64,000 nucleotides of DNA, from sequence record PP885688.1. One strand, given 5' to 3'. The position numbers and the translations under genes are program-made. This document shows positions 10,450 through 19,613 of the stretch, piece after piece. Position 1 is the first letter of the stretch. Each line of letters begins with the position of its first letter. The notes under the pieces were generated by a model. The model ran no database searches and was not told the DNA's origin. It saw only the letters and a list, made by a program, of their open reading frames with translations.

Positions 10450-10605
10450 TCAGGTTCTTGAGGCCTGACCCCGGTATCCACGCCAAGAAAGAAGAATCGG
10501 GACGAACCCGAGTCTGAACTGCGGTACTCGCAATAGAGCCGAGGCCCTACCCAGGGATATGTAGCCGGAGGATCGGAAAAGACCGAGCCAAGGCAGATCC
10601 CACAT
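10450..10605 (-). CDS. Possible small leaderless ORF (51 aa) upstream of the lysis genes
   Basis: ATG 5 nt after the class B promoter core GGGTATT; no recognisable homology. Confidence 0.3.
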   Translation of the reverse strand: MWDLPWLGLFRSSGYISLGRASALLRVPQFRLGFVPILLSWRGYRGQASRT

Positions 10606-10610
10606 TGGGT

Positions 10611-10642
10611 AATACCCAAACGGGAGGCTCGGACCTGAATAT
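10611..10642 (-). promoter_or_regulatory. Class B promoter-like motif (ATATTC-N19-GGGTATT)
   Basis: Same two boxes and spacing as nine other copies. Confidence 0.7.
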
Positions 10643-10645
10643 CGT

Positions 10646-13600
10646 TTAGAAATTCTGGATATAGTTGGTCGGCATGTGGGGCTCGAAGATGAAGCTCTGA
10701 GGACTGATCGCCTTACCCACACAGATGACCCAGCGACAGGTGGTGGTCACCGAGCTGAAGTCCTGGGTGAGCACTCCACCGGCGGTGACATAGAGCAGGC
10801 CGCCCACCGACCAGCTGGTACCGGGTGTGTTGAAGATTGAGCCGTAGGACACTGCTACCAGAACTGGAGCGCCAGCTGAGCCAGCCGCCGCCATGGCGAT
10901 CCCGTCTACGAACGGAGTCACACCGATCGTGGTGACCGTGGGGTCGACCGGATAGATGCTGCCGTCCGTGAACTGGCTGACTGCGGTGAAGGCCGGGAAA
11001 GGAACTCCGGCGAGGAAGCTTGCGGTGCCGGTGAAGTTTGAGCCCGAAGGGGCCGAGGGACCCGAGGGGCCTGAGGGAGGGACCGCAGCCGAGATCGCAG
11101 CACCACCGCTGTCGATGAGGCCGATCAGATTGCCGGAGACCAGGCTCTGCGGGGTCGGCAGCGAGTGAAGCGCTTCGACCGTGATGACGTCGCCCTGGGT
11201 GAGGTTGAGGTTGATCGAGAAGGCGCTCGTGAAGAGATCGGCTCCGGGATCACTGCTCGATACAGTCGAGATCGCTGTCCCGTTCTGCAACACCACGACC
11301 GTGCGCACACCGGCGGCCCCGGTTGGATCCCAACTGATCACGCCATTGAGAATGTAGGCGCTCGTCGTCTGAATCACAAAGGTGGAGGGGTTCTCGACGT
11401 AGTTGGTCTGATCGAAGTCCGTCGTGTCGTAGGGGACGATAAATCCCATGCCGACGGGAGCGGTGACGGCACTGTTGAACTCTACCTGCCAGCCGGGTAA
11501 GCCGATGGACGAGATCATGTTCTGTGCGGCTGTCTTGGCATCCGAGATGGCGCTGGTGATCTGGCCCTTGAGCGTCGCCAGTGCGGCGTAGCTCTGATTG
11601 GTGCGGAGCATGGCCATCTGAACGGGGAGACTCTGCGCCTGCACATCCGGCCTGCTGAGATAGGTGGCCGCGTTGAGCACGCCGTTGTTCCAGCCGTTGT
11701 TCGCGTCGGTTGGAAGAGAGGAGGTACCGGCGAGACTAAGGGCCTTTGGAATGGGTAGGAGATCGGACCCAGGTACCCAACTGCGGTTGCGGCTGGCTGC
11801 GTCATTCTGCAGCAGAGAGAAAGGCGTCGGGTCAGCGAGCGGATTGATCGCTGCGTTGAGGATCGCGGGATAAGTGACCGTAAAGTTAATGAGATACGGG
11901 TCGAGCGTGAGCAGCTCTGTCAGGTTCGCATTGAAGACGCGCCAGAACTGGGAGAAGCGATCGATGAGCGTTGCGTCGGCGAAGGCGTCGTAGATGAAGC
12001 GGAACTGGGGTCGCGTGCTCTGATACGTCGGGGTGTCGGCGATGTTGGCCGAGGCGATGGCGATGACCTGCTGAAGTACCGTCCCAATCGAGGTCGGATA
12101 TGTGCTCGCTACCGGGAAGCTTGCGGTACCCACGCCGTACGTGATCGCGGTAGTCGCGGTAAGGGAAGCGGTGCTCGCAACGTAGTCGAGGTCGGTGCCG
12201 GTTGGTGCTGCCACGTACGTCGTGTCCGCCGCCGCGTCCCAGAGAACTGAGCGCGGGTACCCAAGGAGTGCGGCTTCGATAAAGCTGAGCTGCCAGAGGA
12301 GATGGCTGGTTGCGTCCGCCTTCAGCGTGGCGATGAGCGGGATCGCGGTTGGCGCATCTTTGACGGCGGTACCTCCAAGCTCGTTATTCCAGGGCACAGC
12401 GGTGACTGCGAGATAGTTCAACGAAGGCTGAATCAGTTCTGCGTAAGCCGTCTCGAAGTTTGAGATCCAGGTACCAGACCGGCCTGTGCGATTGGCCTGC
12501 AGATAAAGCAGCCATGCCGCCATCAGGTTGGGATCGTACTCCGTGGCGACGATATTGCTCAGCGTGACGAAGCGAGTGAGCAGATTGCGCAGCGAGGCCT
12601 GGCGCGTCGCCGAGGGCGATGCGGTGGTGAAGTCCGGGTCGGTCGGCTGAATCACGACGGGCGCGAGCGGGGCACACGCGGAGCAGATGTTCGTCGTGTA
12701 GTCGGCTGCCGGGATCGAGTAGTTCGAAATGATGGACGCCGCAGCCGGGAGAGAGATCGTCGAGGTCGCCGAGAAGGTGGTTGGATCGAACACCGGCGTC
12801 GTCGTAGCCTGCATCTGCGCGATGTAATCGGGATCGGTGTACTGCGTCGGATCTCCATATTCACCGCCCGCCGCCGCAGCGACCGGGGCCGTCTGGTAGG
12901 TGAGTCCATCCGCAGTGATCGAGTTTGGATTCGTGTTCGTGAATGCGGCTGCCGGATCACCAGAACGCGGGATGCAGAGGTTGAAGCTCGCGTCGAAGTT
13001 GAAGGGGTTGCTGGTCAGGAACTGGAAACCCATAAGCGGGTTCTGATTGAAGCCAGGGAAGGCAAACTTACCCCCCAGCACAGAGGGAAGTGACGGGAGA
13101 TTTGGAAGTCCCCAGTTGCAGATGTCCGCGAGAAGGTTTGAGAGGGCGTTGATGTTCGCCTGAATCATCGCGATCATTCGCGCGGCAGCTGCGGTCATGA
13201 TCTGCACGTTCGCGGCGAGTGCGGCAGCGAGAGCGAGCTGCTCGTCGATAAACTTCTGCACCTTCTGGATGAAGGCGATGCTGTCGACCACCATCTTGAG
13301 AGCGCGGGGCGAGTCGGGAAGAGCGGAGTCGAGCGTGACCCGATTGAGATCGAGGTACTGCATGATCTTCTCGTCGAGGTCTACCTTTTTAGTCTGCACC
13401 CAAGCCATCGCGTCGCCGAGGGAGGTCTCAAGGAACCGCCCCTGCTCCATGGCGTAGTGATACTTGGCTTCGATGGTCGGCGCACCGGCGATCGTGATAC
13501 GTGTGGGAGGCCCAGGGGACTGGACGGGCCAGAGATGAGTCGTGTCCGCTACCACCCCCTGAGCAACGAGCGCAGCCGCCTCAGCGAGTACGGTCGCCGC

Positions 13601-13657
13601 GTAAGTCGCGGGAGAGCCGGAGCCGACGATAGATACGATGCTGGTCGAAGATCCCAT
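10646..13657 (-). CDS. Virion structural protein (1003 aa) with C1q/TNF-like domain and C-terminal cement-like domain
   Basis: Structural-block context; PYDTTDF..TFVIQTTSAYIL..VVVLQNG..LNLTQGDVITV pattern, GPSGPSAPSG linker, C-terminal GIAMAAAG..VGGLLYV..VGKA. Confidence 0.55.
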   Translation of the reverse strand: MGSSTSIVSIVGSGSPATYAATVLAEAAALVAQGVVADTTHLWPVQSPGPPTRITIAGAPTIEAKYHYAMEQGRFLETSLGDAMAWVQTKKVDLDEKIMQYLDLNRVTLDSALPDSPRALKMVVDSIAFIQKVQKFIDEQLALAAALAANVQIMTAAAARMIAMIQANINALSNLLADICNWGLPNLPSLPSVLGGKFAFPGFNQNPLMGFQFLTSNPFNFDASFNLCIPRSGDPAAAFTNTNPNSITADGLTYQTAPVAAAAGGEYGDPTQYTDPDYIAQMQATTTPVFDPTTFSATSTISLPAAASIISNYSIPAADYTTNICSACAPLAPVVIQPTDPDFTTASPSATRQASLRNLLTRFVTLSNIVATEYDPNLMAAWLLYLQANRTGRSGTWISNFETAYAELIQPSLNYLAVTAVPWNNELGGTAVKDAPTAIPLIATLKADATSHLLWQLSFIEAALLGYPRSVLWDAAADTTYVAAPTGTDLDYVASTASLTATTAITYGVGTASFPVASTYPTSIGTVLQQVIAIASANIADTPTYQSTRPQFRFIYDAFADATLIDRFSQFWRVFNANLTELLTLDPYLINFTVTYPAILNAAINPLADPTPFSLLQNDAASRNRSWVPGSDLLPIPKALSLAGTSSLPTDANNGWNNGVLNAATYLSRPDVQAQSLPVQMAMLRTNQSYAALATLKGQITSAISDAKTAAQNMISSIGLPGWQVEFNSAVTAPVGMGFIVPYDTTDFDQTNYVENPSTFVIQTTSAYILNGVISWDPTGAAGVRTVVVLQNGTAISTVSSSDPGADLFTSAFSINLNLTQGDVITVEALHSLPTPQSLVSGNLIGLIDSGGAAISAAVPPSGPSGPSAPSGSNFTGTASFLAGVPFPAFTAVSQFTDGSIYPVDPTVTTIGVTPFVDGIAMAAAGSAGAPVLVAVSYGSIFNTPGTSWSVGGLLYVTAGGVLTQDFSSVTTTCRWVICVGKAISPQSFIFEPHMPTNYIQNF

Positions 13658-13805
13658 TCGCTATAGGCTGGAGAGTTCGGACGTGGGGAAACACATCGAT
13701 TGATTCATAAACGTTCCACTTAAGGGCCTTAGTGACTCATTTATGTTCCATTCGGTTGTCCCATACAGCGGACAATTGGGAGCTAAACGTCCCCTGTATG
13801 GGACA

Positions 13806-16091
13806 TCAGGAGTTGGGTGTGCTGGCGTAGAGGCCTTGGTTGTTCTGGATGCTTGGGCTCTCGTGCGTGATCTGAGTGAGCGCGGTGTGTGTCTGGACCT
13901 GCGCCTTGGTGATGATGTCAGTCTTCGCGAGCGTCTGGACGGAAGCAGCTTCTACCGTGTAGTCGCCGGTGACAAGAAGGTTCATATTTCCCTTCACGAC
14001 CCAGTCCACGTCGCCACGAATCTCGAGCCGGAGGCCTTTGCCTTGTGCGTTAGCTCCGATCGACAGCTCAATGCCGCCATCGAGCGTCGCGGTGACAGAG
14101 CGGCCCTGCAGATCCTTACCCAGAGCTGCTGCAATCCCACCGGCGAGGTCGAGAAGGACGCTCTGACCGGAAGCTTCGTTCTTTCCAACGCGGAGCAGGA
14201 TGTCGCGAACCGCGTGCAGATCAAACGACAGACCATGCTGATCCATGTTGGTGACCGGCGAACCCGACCACGCGTACGGAAGCATGTTGAGCTGGGATTT
14301 ACCGGCCTGGGTGAGATCGTGGAATGCGTACGTCGAGTCGCCGGAGCCATAAGTGGGCCGGTTGGCACTGCGGGAGTCTTTGCGGCTGGGATCGGTGACT
14401 GCCTGAGCTTGCACGCCTGGTCCATCCGCGTATCCGTTCATCAAATGGCGGCGCAAGGCCTGCGGATTCCGAGCTCCGAGACGAAGGATGGTGCCACCGT
14501 CGAATGCACCACGGAGGCTGACGTTTTCCGCGCCTACTTTCGCGGCGAGATTGACTGCGTCGCCTGCAACGAGCTTCGGTTTTGTCCAATACTGAAGAGT
14601 GCGGCTGGTGACCGCGTCGGACTGACCACGATTCTGCGTCATCACGGTACGGCCTGCGCTCGGCAGCGCTGTATCGTCGGCACCGAGGCGTAGAACGGTC
14701 TGACCGAGAGCCTGCAGGTCGATCGCTTCCTCTTCATCGCGATTCTTGCCGATCACCATCTTCATGCTGCCGACGAGATGGGCTTCGAGAGACCGGCCTG
14801 CGCCGTGAGGGTGTTCGTAACCACCGGCAAGCGGGATATTTTCGCCTGGAAGCGTGGATCCGATCTCCAGGGCGAGCATGCCCTCCTTGGTGACGTCCCA
14901 GCGGGTGGTGTTGGACTCGTGCGTGAAGCGTACGGAGTAAGCCGAAGCGGCGACGCGCGTCTCTACGTGATCCGCAGAGGGATTGACGGGGAGGTAGCTT
15001 GATTCAACGTCGGCGGCGAAGCGTCCGGCCTTGGTGTACGGGAAGAGAACGGGCTTGAGGACCTGTCCATAGGTCGAAGGATCGTATACGTTCGAACCCA
15101 CCAACGTTCCCTGCGATCTTTCGATGATGTAACCCCGGCGGCGTGGCGTCGCACCCTCGGCGGTAGTCGGTCCGACGGGTCTGGTACCACTGAAGGTCGG
15201 GTGATCGGCTGCCTGGTCGATGAGGAAGGACTGATCGTCGTGCGAGATCGCGCCGGTGGTGACAACCTTCGTGCGGGCCCAGGGATCCGCCGTGGTGCCG
15301 AGTGCCTGATGCAGTAGAGCGTCACCGAGGACCTCTACCGGCACAGCAAAGTCGAGTGCGAACTCCTGAATCTTCTCCGTCTTCTCGACGAGCGCGATGA
15401 CATCCTGCTTGCCGAGCTGATAACGGTCGGTGGCGGCAGCGCCGGGGGCGAGATAGGCGGTCTGACGAGTGGTGCCATCCGGCATGATCTCGGCGGCGAG
15501 GCCGGGTGCGCCGGGACGGACGATGGGACCTTCAAATGTGGTGGCCGCGTCGTTGTAGCGGACCTCGCGGGAAGTGACGTGCGACCAGGTGCGACGATCC
15601 GGGTCGAGACGGTCGCGGCTGAAGTCGGCTGCGAGACGATCCCAGCCATCATCCTGGCGCTCCGAGTATCCGAAGGAGTTGGTGACAGTCTTCTGACCGG
15701 CGTAGGCCTTGCGATAGGTGCCACGGACGCGCTTGTTCCATCCGCCGAGGTCTTTGACGTCGATGGCGCGGATGGCGATGCCCTGTTGAGCGCGGTTGGT
15801 GTCGGAGGCCATCCACGCAATGATGGCTACGTCGACGAATCCGGCGTTCGAGGCAACGTGCGCGGCGGCACAGCGGCTGCCTTGCTCCGGCATGTTGACG
15901 TCGGTGCCTTCGTAGGAGGAGCTGTTGGCCGGGATGAGTTTGACTTGCTGATAAGCGATGCCAGTCTTCAGGTCGCGAAGCGTGCAGACCTTACGATCCT
16001 CATCAACGGTCAACACTTCGGCCATGAAGATCTGAAAGGACTCTTCACTGCGACTGCGTTCGGAGATGACTGGTCGGTATGTCGGTTGCAT
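13806..16091 (-). CDS. Baseplate central spike protein (gp5/VgrG/gpV-like)
   Basis: N-terminal OB-fold-like AEVLTVDEDRKVCTL..MPEQGS; C-terminal beta-helix-like RGDVDWVVKGNMNLLVTGDYTVEA; directly after hub-like gene. Confidence 0.65.
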   Translation of the reverse strand: MQPTYRPVISERSRSEESFQIFMAEVLTVDEDRKVCTLRDLKTGIAYQQVKLIPANSSSYEGTDVNMPEQGSRCAAAHVASNAGFVDVAIIAWMASDTNRAQQGIAIRAIDVKDLGGWNKRVRGTYRKAYAGQKTVTNSFGYSERQDDGWDRLAADFSRDRLDPDRRTWSHVTSREVRYNDAATTFEGPIVRPGAPGLAAEIMPDGTTRQTAYLAPGAAATDRYQLGKQDVIALVEKTEKIQEFALDFAVPVEVLGDALLHQALGTTADPWARTKVVTTGAISHDDQSFLIDQAADHPTFSGTRPVGPTTAEGATPRRRGYIIERSQGTLVGSNVYDPSTYGQVLKPVLFPYTKAGRFAADVESSYLPVNPSADHVETRVAASAYSVRFTHESNTTRWDVTKEGMLALEIGSTLPGENIPLAGGYEHPHGAGRSLEAHLVGSMKMVIGKNRDEEEAIDLQALGQTVLRLGADDTALPSAGRTVMTQNRGQSDAVTSRTLQYWTKPKLVAGDAVNLAAKVGAENVSLRGAFDGGTILRLGARNPQALRRHLMNGYADGPGVQAQAVTDPSRKDSRSANRPTYGSGDSTYAFHDLTQAGKSQLNMLPYAWSGSPVTNMDQHGLSFDLHAVRDILLRVGKNEASGQSVLLDLAGGIAAALGKDLQGRSVTATLDGGIELSIGANAQGKGLRLEIRGDVDWVVKGNMNLLVTGDYTVEAASVQTLAKTDIITKAQVQTHTALTQITHESPSIQNNQGLYASTPNS

Positions 16092-16104
16092 GCTCTACTC
16101 GCCT

Positions 16105-18756
16105 TTAGAAGTTTCCGCTTGCTCCACCACCGCCTGAGCTGCCGCCGCCGAAGCCTTTGAACGGAGTCGTCGGCTGCAGGAGTGGAGCCTGATCTGCTGC
16201 CGGTGTGCCTTGAGGAATCGCACTCTTCTCGATGTCGACCGTATTCAGAATGTGTTCTAAGAAGCTCGGGCTAGTCGAGGTTCCGGAAAGCATCGTGCTT
16301 GTACGTTTCTTGGCCGCTTGAGCCGGATCCGCTTTGGCCGCCGCTGTGGACGAGGTCGTTGACGCGGAAGCCGAGCTGCCCGCTACTGCAGGGGTTGTGC
16401 TGGCCTTCAACGTGTTCCCCAGGCCTGTCTGCGCCGTTGACGTGTCCGAGGTGTCTGAGGTCGCCGTGTTTTCGTCGTACGAGAGCTCAAAGACCTTGAA
16501 GTTGTCGACCAGGTTGGTCTGGGCCTGGAGATTCTTCACAAAGGTGCTGGCTGGATCCGCAGTTTGAGGAGCTGCAAGATCGCCGGTGAATAGGAAGGCT
16601 GAAGCGTTTGAGAGATGAAGGGTGTCCGGGTTCACGGGAGCGATGACTTGGGCCGCAGATCCGCTTGCGTTGTTTCCGAGGGCGTCGGCGATTGTGAAGA
16701 CTGTCAGCGCTTCTTTGAGCGAGCGCCACCGGCCCCACGGGAATGGACCAACGACTTCGTAACCCTTGGCGTCTGTGTAAGGACGGCGGGTGCGTAGCGC
16801 GTGATAGTAGTCGGGATCGAGCGGGCGGTCATAATCAAAGCGCAGCTTCTGATCGGTTCCGTTCTCCAGCTGGACGCGCCAGTTATGGGTGACCGAGTCC
16901 GAATTGACACCGTAGTCGTTGCCCTTGCGCTTGCGTGCTTCCATCATTTGGACAGCGGAGTTGACGACCAACGACGGAGGGACTGGGAGAGACGCAAGAT
17001 TACCGACGACGGCGGCCTTCGAAGTCGACGTGCTTGGCGGTGTCGCGGCGGCTGCGGTCCACTGCATGATCAGGTTTGGCTGCGACGTCATGAACGTTTT
17101 TACGTCCGGCTCGTTGCCTGGATTATCAACCGTCTGAGTCTCCGGCAGAAGCGGGCGGCGGCGCAGGCTGTCCAAGGTGATGGAAGTCGTCGCCGCAGCA
17201 CCCTTGGTCCAGCTCATGTTGATCGATTTGATGTACCCGTAGATGTCTTTGTGCGGGAGATACATCGGGAAGCCCAACTTGATCTCGGGACGCATCGGCA
17301 TCGTGAAGGTGTAGGTGCGGTAGCCGCGATTGGCACGAGCCATCTCGGACGCCGCATAAGCGTAGAGCGCTTCGCCATTTGATTCCGTGAACCAGTGCGC
17401 CTCTTTCGGCGGTTCGGTGCGGAGGCCAAACTGGGAGAGCTTCTGAATGTCGATGTCTTCTGCGGTCGCCATCAGTTCACGAGAGGCGGACCAGTGGAAG
17501 CCTACGGAATAATCTCCACGGGCTGTCACGCGAGTCATACGAACCGCAGATTCATCCTCCGACTCTGATTCGGTGAGGACCTCAGCCAGCTGCACGACGA
17601 ACGGGTTGTTTCCGTCCGAGAGATCGCTCAGTGACTTGTCGATCGTGACCGGCTGCACGCCGTTGGTGGTACTCATCGTATCGAGGTTGGTCACGTCAAG
17701 GTTGTATAGCGGTGGTTTGATGATGATGCCACCGTCGACGTCCTGGTAGGCCTCAAAGCCGACGAGGTTGGTCATGTAGCGGAGACGTTCGAGTCGGCTC
17801 GTGACGCGACCGTTGAGCAGCTGAATGGATCCGATACCCATGTCCGGCATGTACTTTCGGAGCTGAGAGTAAAAGTCCTGCTGATTGGAGGTCTGATCGG
17901 TCTCGCTCTGAGCTCCGACTTTATCCCCGAGTGCGCCCAGGGCTTCCTTCTCGTAGTTGGTGTTGGTCCCGTCCGGGGCCTTGAGGTGTGTGGCGATGGA
18001 ATTGATGACGTCGTTTACGTTCGGAGCGCCAAACACATGCACGTCGCGGGCGATGTCATAGAGAATTGCCTGCCACTTGGCGACGTACTGCTCATTCACC
18101 GCTTCGAAGTAAGGGTTCGCCTGGTTCATCGCGGCCTGCTTGACCGAGTACTGCTCGAATCCGTCGATCATGGAGGAGTAGAGGAATACCCACGCGATCG
18201 ATTGGTAGGGATCAAGGTTCCAGGTCGTCGAGGTGTAAGGCGTGACCTCCAGGGGAGCTGAGCTCATCGTCGAAGGGTTCTGCTCCACCTGCATACGCTC
18301 CAACATACCCAGACTGCCGGAGCACGCGAGCGTGATCGTGGTCAGCTTACCGGTCGGGTTGTAGTTGATCGAGGAGATGAAGCCTTTGAAGATCTGGTAG
18401 TACATCGTGTTGCCGCGTGGCGAGAGCCAGTAGCCCTTCGCAAAGACGCGGATGTCCGACATCGAGCGCAGAATGTTGTTTCCGCCGGGTGCGCGGAAGA
18501 GGTGATCGTCCTGGGCGGATACTGTGAGCGTAAGAGACCCGGACGGAACCATACCGTCGATGTCGTAGCTCGACTGCCAGCTGTTGACGTAGTCGTTGAT
18601 CGGAACCGTGACGCCGTCCGTGCCGAGATAGGGGTTGACGAGGTAGTCCTGACCGTCGATGTAGACGATGATGTCCGAGGCCTGCTTGATGACGTCGCGG
18701 TACTGGACGCTCTGCTGGATATTCCGAATTTGTCCGCTGTTGTCTGAGGCACTCAT
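16105..18756 (-). CDS. Baseplate hub protein (gp27/gp44-like)
   Basis: 883 aa; GSLTLTV..FKGFISSINYN..ITLACSG and YTFTMPMRPEIKLGFPMY..GYIKSINMSW..TSITL patterns; position. Confidence 0.6.
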   Translation of the reverse strand: MSASDNSGQIRNIQQSVQYRDVIKQASDIIVYIDGQDYLVNPYLGTDGVTVPINDYVNSWQSSYDIDGMVPSGSLTLTVSAQDDHLFRAPGGNNILRSMSDIRVFAKGYWLSPRGNTMYYQIFKGFISSINYNPTGKLTTITLACSGSLGMLERMQVEQNPSTMSSAPLEVTPYTSTTWNLDPYQSIAWVFLYSSMIDGFEQYSVKQAAMNQANPYFEAVNEQYVAKWQAILYDIARDVHVFGAPNVNDVINSIATHLKAPDGTNTNYEKEALGALGDKVGAQSETDQTSNQQDFYSQLRKYMPDMGIGSIQLLNGRVTSRLERLRYMTNLVGFEAYQDVDGGIIIKPPLYNLDVTNLDTMSTTNGVQPVTIDKSLSDLSDGNNPFVVQLAEVLTESESEDESAVRMTRVTARGDYSVGFHWSASRELMATAEDIDIQKLSQFGLRTEPPKEAHWFTESNGEALYAYAASEMARANRGYRTYTFTMPMRPEIKLGFPMYLPHKDIYGYIKSINMSWTKGAAATTSITLDSLRRRPLLPETQTVDNPGNEPDVKTFMTSQPNLIMQWTAAAATPPSTSTSKAAVVGNLASLPVPPSLVVNSAVQMMEARKRKGNDYGVNSDSVTHNWRVQLENGTDQKLRFDYDRPLDPDYYHALRTRRPYTDAKGYEVVGPFPWGRWRSLKEALTVFTIADALGNNASGSAAQVIAPVNPDTLHLSNASAFLFTGDLAAPQTADPASTFVKNLQAQTNLVDNFKVFELSYDENTATSDTSDTSTAQTGLGNTLKASTTPAVAGSSASASTTSSTAAAKADPAQAAKKRTSTMLSGTSTSPSFLEHILNTVDIEKSAIPQGTPAADQAPLLQPTTPFKGFGGGSSGGGGASGNF

Positions 18757-19613
18757 GACTGGTTAAATCCTTCGTCGGTCGGGTTCATGATGAGGGTGGC
18801 GATGCTGACGTCTTCGGTCGCTACCTGATTTGCCGAGGCCGAGTTATTTGCGATGACCTGTTGAATCGGCGTGTTGCGGGGAACGTGTCCGCGTTGAATA
18901 TCTCCACCAAGGGAGTTGGGGTAGGGAGTCGATTTGTTGAAGCGCTCCTTCCACGCAATGAAGACGAGACTGAAGTCCGCCAGGAACGGGGTGTCCGCAT
19001 CCTCGGTCACTTCAAAGGATTCGAATAGTCCATGCCAGGTAAACTCCCCCACCGTGAGCTCTACGTCGGAGTGCATCTTGATCCGCTTGGAGTTCTGGAG
19101 TGAGCTGAGTGAGGTTGCGACCTGCTCACCTTCGAACCAGTAGCCGTTGTTCTCGTACAAAACCTCGAGAGCAATCAGGTTGCGATAGGACAGAGAGAAC
19201 TGGGCGTCCACGTCAGTGAGGCCATTGGTGAAGTACTTGCCCGGCGTCTTGCCGTTGAGTGTGATGGTGATGAAGTCGTCCCCAAACAGGCCGATCTGCC
19301 ATCCGGAGCGAGAGAAGGCCTGCTCGTCCACCGTCTGGTGCGCGATCTGAACCTCGGCAGGGTTGATGAGGAACCAATAGCCAACAGAGGACGACGTATC
19401 GAAAACGCCTTGCTTTGCGCCGCCACGTCCGCCGATCTTGATGTTGACGTAGTCTTTGTAGTTCAGCTTGTGACGCGGGGTGATCTTGTAGTCGTTGTTG
19501 TTTCCCTGCGATGCGTCGACAGGGGTTGTGACGATGCGCTTCTCCGAGCGTGTCGGAAGTGGTAGCCGTCCCTGGGCGTCGGGTGTGATGTCGCTGATGT
19601 TTTTGATCGCCAT
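18753..19613 (-). CDS. Tail tube initiator / baseplate protein
   Basis: FLINPAEVQI..ITITLNG..WHGLFESFEVTEDADTPFLADFSLVF; between tape measure and hub. Confidence 0.55.
   Translation of the reverse strand: MAIKNISDITPDAQGRLPLPTRSEKRIVTTPVDASQGNNNDYKITPRHKLNYKDYVNIKIGGRGGAKQGVFDTSSSVGYWFLINPAEVQIAHQTVDEQAFSRSGWQIGLFGDDFITITLNGKTPGKYFTNGLTDVDAQFSLSYRNLIALEVLYENNGYWFEGEQVATSLSSLQNSKRIKMHSDVELTVGEFTWHGLFESFEVTEDADTPFLADFSLVFIAWKERFNKSTPYPNSLGGDIQRGHVPRNTPIQQVIANNSASANQVATEDVSIATLIMNPTDEGFNQS

Noticed and set aside
13743-14693. 316-aa plus-strand ORF and other long antisense ORFs (24209-25060, 31067-32290, 34110-35105, 38452-39774, 42979-43773, 47126-47878)
   Set aside because: They are shadows of well-supported genes on the opposite strand, as expected in GC-rich DNA, and show no motifs.
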